A DNA stretch of 62,716 nt, the filler included, from Klebsormidium nitens (lineage: Eukaryota; Plantae; Klebsormidiophyceae), in assembly GCA_000708835.1 (NCBI GenBank). It is 5 parts of 5 records of this genome, joined end to end, with 100 filler letters (N's around TTAATTAATTAA, not from the genome) between each part and the next. Parts side by side here need not be neighbours in the genome. Positions count along the whole stretch, not along the records: positions 41,017 to 60,138 come from DF237939.1; positions 60,239 to 62,716 come from DF238684.1; 3 more parts are not named here. One strand, written 5' to 3'. The position numbers and the translations under genes were made by a program. The notes under the pieces were generated by a model. That model did no database searches and was not told where the DNA came from. It saw only the letters and a list, made by a program, of their open reading frames with translations. This document shows positions 54,400 to 62,716 of this stretch, piece by piece. Within the stretch, counting starts at the first letter, position 1; the number at the start of each line of letters is the position of its first letter.

Positions 54400-57300
54400 C
54401 ACCTACTGGTTGACAGCAGGCGAAACAGACCTTTCATCTGATCAAGCTTCCATCACCAGAAGCCCCTCTTGGATCCGCGTTCTTCTACAGTCACAACCGC
54501 TTGGTATTCTACAGTTACAACCGCGCCGTAGGCTCACCCGGGGACGGTGTGTCCAGCAGTTCCTCCCGCTTAAGCTCCCCCCGTTGTTCCACCCAATCGC
54601 CGAGACCAATGCTCTCCATGTGCGTTCTCACGCCTTTTCCGCAATCTGGACCGGCCTTAACCCCAAAGTCTTTGCGCGCACCTGGAAAGGAGCTTGAGAA
54701 AAGTCAAGATGACGGTGACCTCTCGACGATTCTCTTGTTTACTCATTCCGAGTTGGGGAGGGTTCGGTTGATTGCCGTTTTTTTTTTCGAGCTGACAGAA
54801 AAGGCGTCAATCCGGCCTTGCCCTAACTTCTGCACGCGTCTGCAAAGATATCGCGTGCTTGGAGCAAGTTCATAGGTGTTGACTCGTTGACTTGACACGC
54901 TGAAATAGAAAGCGCCAAAGCCGCCGCGCCCCATGCCATCCATCAAGTACGTCTTGTCGATGCCGTCGCTCTGGCCGCCTTTCCCCAATACTCGTATCGT
55001 GCATGTGATAGGCGTCGCGTGCCTAAAACCTGCAGAAGTGCTCGCTGACCCGCTTTAGGATCGTTCTAAACAGCCGTTCTTCTTTCAAAAAGAGATTTGA
55101 GCAGATGGATAGAATGCGGGTACAGCTCGGCGTGACTGCTGAACGCATCTTGCTCAAGCCTGCGGCACCCCCTGTAGCGATTTCTAGGTGTCAAATTATG
55201 TGTAAAAGAAGCACAAAAAGCACACGCTTTCTCAGATCAGCGGAAAGTGAACACATGGTTCGGCTGGCCGTCGAGCGCGAGGCCTTGCACGTGGCGCAGT
55301 GTCAGTGTCTCGTGAATGAGCAAAGCAATTGCGCAAAGATACTGACGGTCTTCCGACATGAACGAAATTTCTGCTCGCTGTTGCATGACGTAAACGTCTC
55401 AAATCCTGGCACCTACCGTCTGGACCCACCGTAGATGCGGCGCAGCGCCAGCATTCTGTGGATGTGCAAGCGGGTAAGACAAGGGCGGTAAAAAATGACG
55501 ACATCGGCAGTTAAAGCTTCCAAAATGATCAGGAATCCACCTACCGTTGCGAATTGCAAAGCATTTGTTACAGGGACCTATCGAGCTCTTCAGAGAGTAG
55601 TGAGTTGTGACCGGTAGATACAGAGTACCGCTTGTTTCGAAGAGTACGTTCTGCAAATCGACCAACGCTTTTTGCATCTTATCTTTGTCAAAACCGTTTG
55701 AGACGGAAAAGAGTCCGTTTCATCACGGATTGACAGAAGGGAGCTGTCTTGACCGTTGCAATAACCAGGCCGTGGCTGAGGTTTGGCTAACGAACTGACT
55801 TAGTGAGTCAACTGGCTTACTGATTATTAATCACTCACAATTAATTACTAATTAATCGACTTATTGACTTCAGTGGCTTGACTAACTCAATGGGATGGAC
55901 AAGCGGTGGCCGTCCAGCAAAGACTGCAAAGAAGCCTAACAAATCCGACAAAAGCAGTGCACCAGCTCCTGGCTCAACACTCATAATCCATGAACAAATG
56001 CGCGAGATGCTCCGATGCCTGTCATTGTCCACCACTTCTCCACAAAAACGCCCGATCAGTTTTGCCAATTGACTTGCATTTCAATCTCCCGAGACGTAGA
56101 TACAGGAATTTTCAAAGCAAAGGCTGACGGATAAGAAAAGTCGACCGGACGAAAGCGTTCTCACCCGTGCGGGTTCACGTACGCCCCGATGGGCCCGGCC
56201 GCTGACGTCACCATGAGGTCAGACTTGCTGGCAATAAATAGCTGACACCGCAGCTTCTCCAGCGTCTCCAAAGTCTTGGCCTCTTTCCGCAGCCGGTGCT
56301 TTATGCCGACCGTCTCCTGCCTGCACGTCGGAATGCTACGTCATCACGTGTACATATAACGTCAGCATGTAGGGATCAGGATGCGTCTGGTCGCTTTGCG
56401 TTTGCTGTTCGAGGTGCCTTTTCGTCTTCAAAAGCTCCTGCGTGCAAAGGAAACCTTCCCTCGATTGCAAGATGAGTTGGGGTATAAGACGGTCTCGGGA
56501 AACCTCAGTCCCTGGGGCGTGTTTCCATTTGAAGGGAAAGTCCTGCACGGTATGCAGTCAGGGCCCGCAGCGGCAGCCCTACTGGCAAAATTGTAAGACA
56601 GCGCCTCGGGCTGTCGAGGAAAAGTTTAGGGAACCGTTTTATCTTCCAATCAGCATTCAAAAGTTGACCCCCTATCATTCCAATCAAATGCAAAAGTTGA
56701 CCCCCTATCAGCAACTTTCAGCCCAGAAAGCCTTTGGGAAAGCGCACCAGCTCACATCCCGCAGGTCTGGCTGCTGGCGTCGGTGGTCGGAGAGCCCCTT
56801 TGGCGCCTTCAGGCTCTGAGAAGAGCCTTGAGCATTTCGTTCTCAGCACTTACCCAGAAATAAACGCGTTTGCTTCCAAAAACGGGTTAACTTACCTGGT
56901 GGCGTCCTACAGTGGCGAGTCAACGTGACGCAACAGAGTTTCCGGCTCGTTCAGACACTTAAAGAACTATTGCCAAAAGCACACATCGAAACAAGAGCGA
57001 GTTTGATCTTAGCAGCGTGTGAAAGTACCTAAACATGAGCGCGTTTCTTTTCAAAACCGGGTCAGATACCTGGTGGCGTCCTGCAGAGGGAGATCGCTGC
57101 ATACGTAGTACGACAGTGCCCCCGGCAACCCCCCATCCGACTCGGCCATCTCCCCGTCTTTCCCCAGCCTCCGCTGCTTCCGTCTCGTATACGCCGGCAG
57201 GAACAGCGCGCTCCAAGGCATCACCACGTGGCGCGCTCCCTGCCTGCCCGCTGGCGGCGTTGCCTCCGCCCCGACTCCTGACACCCCCCCTCGTAAAGGC

Positions 57301-59113
57301 GTCCATTCGACAGGCCCGTCCCCCTTCCGTTTCCTGCTCCTCTTCGATGGGAATACTAAAACAGCAAACCCCGGCCGCTCCCGCAGTCGCTCCGCCGCGC
57401 CGCCGTCGAAGCTGACGTGGCGCCGGCTTTGACAGGTCCGGGAGAGGGGCTGACGTCAGGCGGGTGGCGGCCCCTGCGAGTGATTGAGGTGGATGGGATG
57501 CCGCCAGTGCTGGCCCGACGAGGGGTCCTGCAGAACATCTTTAAAAAGGTTCGAAACGGAGATCAAGTGCTTTATTTGCAAGTCGCTTGAGCGGGTTCAG
57601 TACCCCAGCGGATTGACCCCGGAGTTTCGGGAAAGGGGAGGCTCTCCTTCACTGTGGTCTTGATGTCTGTCCAAAGGGGGAAGTTTCTTCCATCGAAGAA
57701 GAGTGAAATTTTTGAAGTTCGCGATCCCATCGTGAAAAGTTCTGCATCATGGACGAGCCGCCGTGGAGCCGTTCCTGAACGCCAGAAAATGCAAAGCGAG
57801 GAGAGCCAAGTTGCTGTTTACTTTGTGTATGATGCTGGTGAAAGATCAGTAGGAATCCAGTGCTTGGAAGCGGTGTTAAGCTCTCAGCCCCCCTGAACCT
57901 CGATTAGACTCGGATCAAAGGCTGTTAGACCAACGTTAGACCTGTCTATAAAGCCGGTCGAACCCTTCACTTTCTAGCGAAACGCTTGTCAGACGTGGTT
58001 GACAGCCATGAACACCGCTGAAATTTTGCTACACGCGGGTTAGACGGAGATCAGAGAAACTGAATTCTCACAGAATTTCAGCTTCCGGCAGGTTCCCGAG
58101 GCTCCAGTGCAGAGAGGACGCGCCCGAATGAGGGGATGGTCAGGCTGCCACCTGGCAAACTGCCGCGCGCGGCGGGCACAGGGGCTTCTTCTCAGGAATG
58201 ATCTGCACGTTCGCTGACGCCTGTACACAGTAACAAAACTCGAAGACGACACCTGTGCAGATGGAGAATGCTCACTTTCAACTTGAGCTCATCTTCGGAA
58301 ACTTAAAACATATTTACAAATTGACCCTATCTTAATACGTCGGCGTTATGCTTTTGGTCGTTCAGAAAGGAGGAGAACGCCACTGCTGTCATTGAACACG
58401 CTCTCAGGTTGGACTGAAAACAGGGCAAAAAAAGCTTGACCAAGAAAAGGGAATGTTAGTGGAACATAGCACGCATTGGTCAATTAATGCACATCAAGGG
58501 AGTCTTGGAACAGATACGAGATTCGTACCACTGCAATGGTGCACGGATGTGCCGTTCGACGCCTGGCCCTCGTGACGGCGCTCTGGAAGCGCGGCTGGAT
58601 CACTCGCAGTGGTAGATAATCACCCGATAACAGGACGACACCTGGCACGTTGGGATTGGGTCGCTTCATTGATATACTCAGGCTGGGGTCTGCTGTGAAG
58701 TCCCATCCCTTCATGCGTGGCCCGCCCTTTTTTTCCGACTTTGTAGCCATCCTTAGCACACGCTTGCACCCAGTCTTTTCAAGCGATGCCGCTGCAACCG
58801 CAGACCAGAGCGCAAGATTCTTCCAGCGACACAGTGCAACAGAAGCTGGCACAGCTGGACCCACCATGGCCGCACTTGCTTGTTCGTAAAGCAAAAGGAA
58901 CGTAGTCAGCCAGTTGGTTTTCGTAGCATAATCACTGTCACTAGAAGGTGCTCTGGGAAGGGCAAAACTCGTGTCCGTGACAAAACAGAAGGAGTGACTT
59001 CTGAACAGGGAAAGGAGCAAGTCCTGCTCAAGTTCAGCAAGTTCCGGCTTCCATATGCCAGCTCTCAGCCATCGGCCGTGACACTTGCATTCTCCAGACT
59101 TACCTCTTTCCAT
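54400..59113 (-). CDS. Unresolved multi-exon hypothetical gene(s)
   Basis: Isolated exon-like segments with AG/GT ends (e.g. ~54539-54682 ARKDFGVKAGPDCGKGVRTHMESIGLGDWVEQRGELKREELLDTPSP) and ORFs at 54743-54988, 56959-57306 and 58484-59113. No family recognised. Confidence 0.2.
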
Positions 59114-60238
59114 GGCTTCTCTGGTTGTTCTTGGATGCGCTTACTTTCTTTCCGGTCCTCGGCAGTTTTCACCCACCTCTGTAAGTCACACAAGTGGCGA
59201 TGAGCAAAGAAAATGCAAAAAGTCAACCCAAGATGACGCTTATCAGACGGAGGGCTTGATTGTAAATCGGCACTCCTCACATTTAGTAGCGGGAGAAATC
59301 CAAGGAAAGTAGATCCTTGCACTGCTTCAAGACTGGTGACCTTGATTGAACAACCGCAAGCATGCTTCTTCATCGTTGAATTGTGGAATACTCTTCGCAT
59401 TTGAGGTCCTATTCACCAGCCCTGGGAGATCAGCATGCCGCATTACAAAGAAAGGAATGCCACTTTTGATTGCATCTCAATGCAACATGCTAAAAGATGT
59501 GCACACACATCTATCTGTCTAACTGCTACTGCCGCCATCACAGTGTCACTTCCGTTTTTCTTTCTTGACCTACCGACTAGAATTCTAGCTCGCAAACCCA
59601 TGTCCGCTTTGAAAAGATGCTGGCCAGAGTCTAAGAAACCGATATTGCAGAAAGATATTCCAGAGGATCGCTTCACAGTGTGCCGACGCACCTGGCCTCC
59701 CACCTGAAGCATGTGTCCTCATGTGTCCAATCTACACTCGGCGCGCATTGCATTACAGCCCCTGGAAGTTTGGCTAGAGGATGCTCTGTTTGACACACTT
59801 CTGAATTGAAGCCAGAATCTGCGCCTTGCGAGGTACTTGAGCAGTGCCGAAACTTCGAAATGAAAACGCAGATGTCCTGCAGGCTGCAGCAATGAAGGGA
59901 TCCCTGTGAAACATTGCTGGGCGCTTGCCTTTTTCTAACCGAGGGCCTTGTTCTGCGAGATTTGAAGTCCCCTTCTAAATCAACATCGAAGCGCGTCTAC
60001 TGAGGTGTAGCCTCTATAAATTCGACGCAGATGTTTCGAAGGCCCTCTGTTGAGCAGAATCAGGCTCCTGCGGTTCTTAGAAGGATGCTCGGAGCGAGGA
60101 GACTGCGGTACTCGCTATGTAGACGGGTAGGGTTAGTANNNNNNNNNNNNNNNNNNNNNNNNNNNNNNNNNNNNNNNNNNNNTTAATTAATTAANNNNNN
60201 NNNNNNNNNNNNNNNNNNNNNNNNNNNNNNNNNNNNNN

Positions 60239-61593
60239 CCCAGAATTGATAACTCAGGACCTAACCCCGCTTTCCTTATTAACGGTGTGGCCCTGGATTG
60301 GTTAACAATTGACACTGGCTGTGAGAGCGTAATTATCTCTAACTGGACAGCCAAACGATTAGGAATAAATTCAGAGATGCGGCAGCGAAAAGCCATCAGT
60401 CTTATCACAGCAGATGCAGTCACCACAGCACCTGTTGACAGGATATGGGACACAGTTGAAATCTCGATTAACCCAGGGACTTCTGCGGCAACAACGGTTC
60501 AGGTTAAACTAACCATTGTTCCGTCACAGACCCGCGAAACTCTAATTGGGATGAGTGTAATTGGGCGGATTGGGCTTACACCCAATCCGTATACCCAAAC
60601 ACTCACATATTACCCCAGGTGGTGGGAAGAAAACTCCACCACCGCAGAGTTGCCCTCTATTTTCAACGTTGACCTACTCAACGCAGGCCTCAGCGCCGCC
60701 ACTAGCTCTCGCTTAACTAATGTCACACTTTCCTACGCAGGACGACTCGTGACGGCCCCACGGGCCCCCAGACCGCCTCCAGCCTTTGTACAGCTATGTA
60801 CAGGGTCAGTCCCAGCGCCCCAGACGGCGCGGGAGGAGCGAGCCGTAAGGCTCCAGCTAGGGTTTAGGGATCAGTTAGACACGCAGAGTGTTATTACTAG
60901 CTTCCAGCGTAGCATTCGTAGTTTGACCGAGCCACCAGAGCCGGCCATCCTCTTAGCTTTTAGATACGGATCTCCATTGGATCCAAATTTTGTGCACATA
61001 CATGAACAAACATCTGTTAACAGCATAGGCATAGTCATAATTGAATTGTGTTCTGGACTATGCGCGGCAACAGAAGCGCTCGTTCGCGCAGGTGTAAAAG
61101 TCCGCAAACTTTATGCATGTGAGACAGATCCAATGTGCCGTTGTGTGGCCCAACAACGATTAGTCACACTCACCCAATTGTTTCCGCATCTAATTAATGC
61201 CGACGCTATTATACACAGCCATGAGCAGCTACCTCATGACATCGCTGAAATTACAGAACAACATATATCCGAGCTTGAACCGCCGGACATCGTAATTGCC
61301 GGATTTCCGTGTCAAGGATTTTCATCCGCAGCCACAAAGCCGCTTGGCCTTCGTGACACACGGACAAGCTTATTCTACACATGCGTAGAAATAGTACGAT
61401 GGATCTACCATCAACATGGGCCATGTATATGGCTGTTTGAAAATGTTGACGCTACCGACCATCGCGACACGCAGGTCGCACATGAATACAATCACATAGT
61501 GAAGGGCATATTAGGCCATGGAGTGGCCTTTGATGCCGTTGCAGTCGGCTCATACGCTCACCGCCACAGACGGTTCTGGACCAACGGCAGTGC
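60239..61593 (+). mobile_element. Retrotransposon polyprotein fragment: aspartic protease plus C5 cytosine DNA methyltransferase (copy 1)
   Basis: One intronless open frame between gaps. Protease IDTGCESVII...LIGMSVI. Methyltransferase motif I IELCSGL, motif II ACETD, motif IV DIVIAGFPCQGFS (catalytic Cys), motif VI LFENV, motif VIII AHRHRRFWTN. Confidence 0.92.
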
Positions 61594-61614
61594 TNNNNNN
61601 NNNNNNNNNNNNNN

Positions 61615-62716
61615 CAACAACGGTCCAGGTTAAACTAACCATTGTTCCGTCACAGACCCGCGAAACTCTAATTGGGATGAGTGTGATTGGGCGGATTGGG
61701 CTTACACCCAATCCGTATACCCAAACACTCACATATTACCCAAGGTGGTGGGAAGAAAACTCCACCACCGCAGAGTTGCCCTCTATTTTCAACGTTGACC
61801 TACTCAACGCAAGCCTCAGCGCCGCCACTAGCTCTCGTTTAACTAATGTCACGCTTTCCTACGCAGGACGAGTGACGGCCCCACGGGCCCCCAGACCGCC
61901 TGCAGCCTTTGTACAGCTCTGTACGGGACCAGTCCCAGCGCCCCAGACAGCGCGGGAGGAGCGAGCCGTAAGGCTCCAGCTAGAGTTTAGGGATCAGTTA
62001 GACACGCAGAGTGTTATTACTAGCTTCCAGCGTAGCATTCGTGGTTTAACCAAGCCACCAGAGCCGGCCATCCTTTTAGCTTCTAGATACGGATCTCCAT
62101 TGGATCCAGCTTTTGTGGACATACATGAACAAACAGCTGTTAACAGCATAGGCATAGTCATAATTGAACTGTGTTCTGGATTATGCGCGGCGACAGAAGC
62201 GCTCGTTCGCGCAGGAGTAAAAGTCCGCAAACTTTATGCATGTGAGACAGATCCAATGTGCCGTTGTGTGGCCCAACAACGATTAGTCACACTCACCCAA
62301 TTGTTTCCGCATCTAATCAATGCCGACGCTATTATACACAGCCATGAGCAGCTACCTCATGACATCGATGAAATTACAAAGCAACATATATCTGAGCTTG
62401 AACTGCCGGACATCGTAATTGCCGGATTTCCGTGTCAAGGATTTTCATCCGCAGCCACAAAGCCGCTTGGCCTTCGTGACACACGGACAAGCTTATTCTA
62501 CACATGCGTAGAAATAGTACGATGGATCTACCATCAACATGGGCCATGTATATGGCTGTTTGAAAATGTTGACGCTACCGACCATCGCGACCCGCAGGTC
62601 GCACACGAATACAATCACATAGTGAAGGGCATATTAGGCCATGGAGTGGCCTTTGATGCCGTTGCAGTCGGCTCATACGCTCACCGCCACAGACGCTTCT
62701 GGACCAACGGCATGCC
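61615..62716 (+). mobile_element. Second copy of the protease-C-terminus plus DNA methyltransferase frame, open to the window end
   Basis: Colinear with 60490-61593. Same motifs intact, one 3-nt indel and a few dozen substitutions, no stop in frame. Confidence 0.9.

Noticed and set aside
56680-56712. AAAAGTTGACCCCCTATCA direct repeat
   Set aside because: Two-copy local duplication with no associated structure.
60125-60138. GGGTAGGGTTAG telomere-like motif at a contig end (similar motif ~43080-43110)
   Set aside because: Only about two degenerate units; too short to call telomeric.

Overview
Intron-rich eukaryotic genomic DNA from a gapped draft scaffold. The plant-like host genes and a retroelement-borne DNA methyltransferase suggest a charophyte alga such as Klebsormidium (inference, not proven). 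Spliced host genes I could reconstruct: a serine carboxypeptidase-like gene (S10, - strand, 6960-12810), a choline-transporter-like gene (CTL/SLC44, + strand, 13467-21106) and a secreted protein joining a root-cap/VWD-like domain to Stig1-like Cys-rich repeats (43634-48909). Host-gene fragments: the last two exons of coatomer beta (29114-29684) and a broken GET3/ArsA copy with an amplified exon (about 51800-53430). Mobile or foreign DNA: a 500-bp hAT-type MITE with perfect TIRs and an 8-bp TSD, an LTR/PBS-like remnant, retropepsin fragments, two copies of a protease + C5-DNA-methyltransferase polyprotein, and a prokaryote-like PD-(D/E)xK nuclease exon. The best candidate for an undescribed system is a 5.9-kb unit (35048-40916). 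It holds a D5/P4-type primase-helicase and a KDZ-type transposase gene facing each other, between inverted repeats of at least 110 bp that read in frame into both genes. Four 100-bp N gaps containing TTAATTAATTAA are assembly spacers. All family assignments come from motif recognition by eye; no database search was run.
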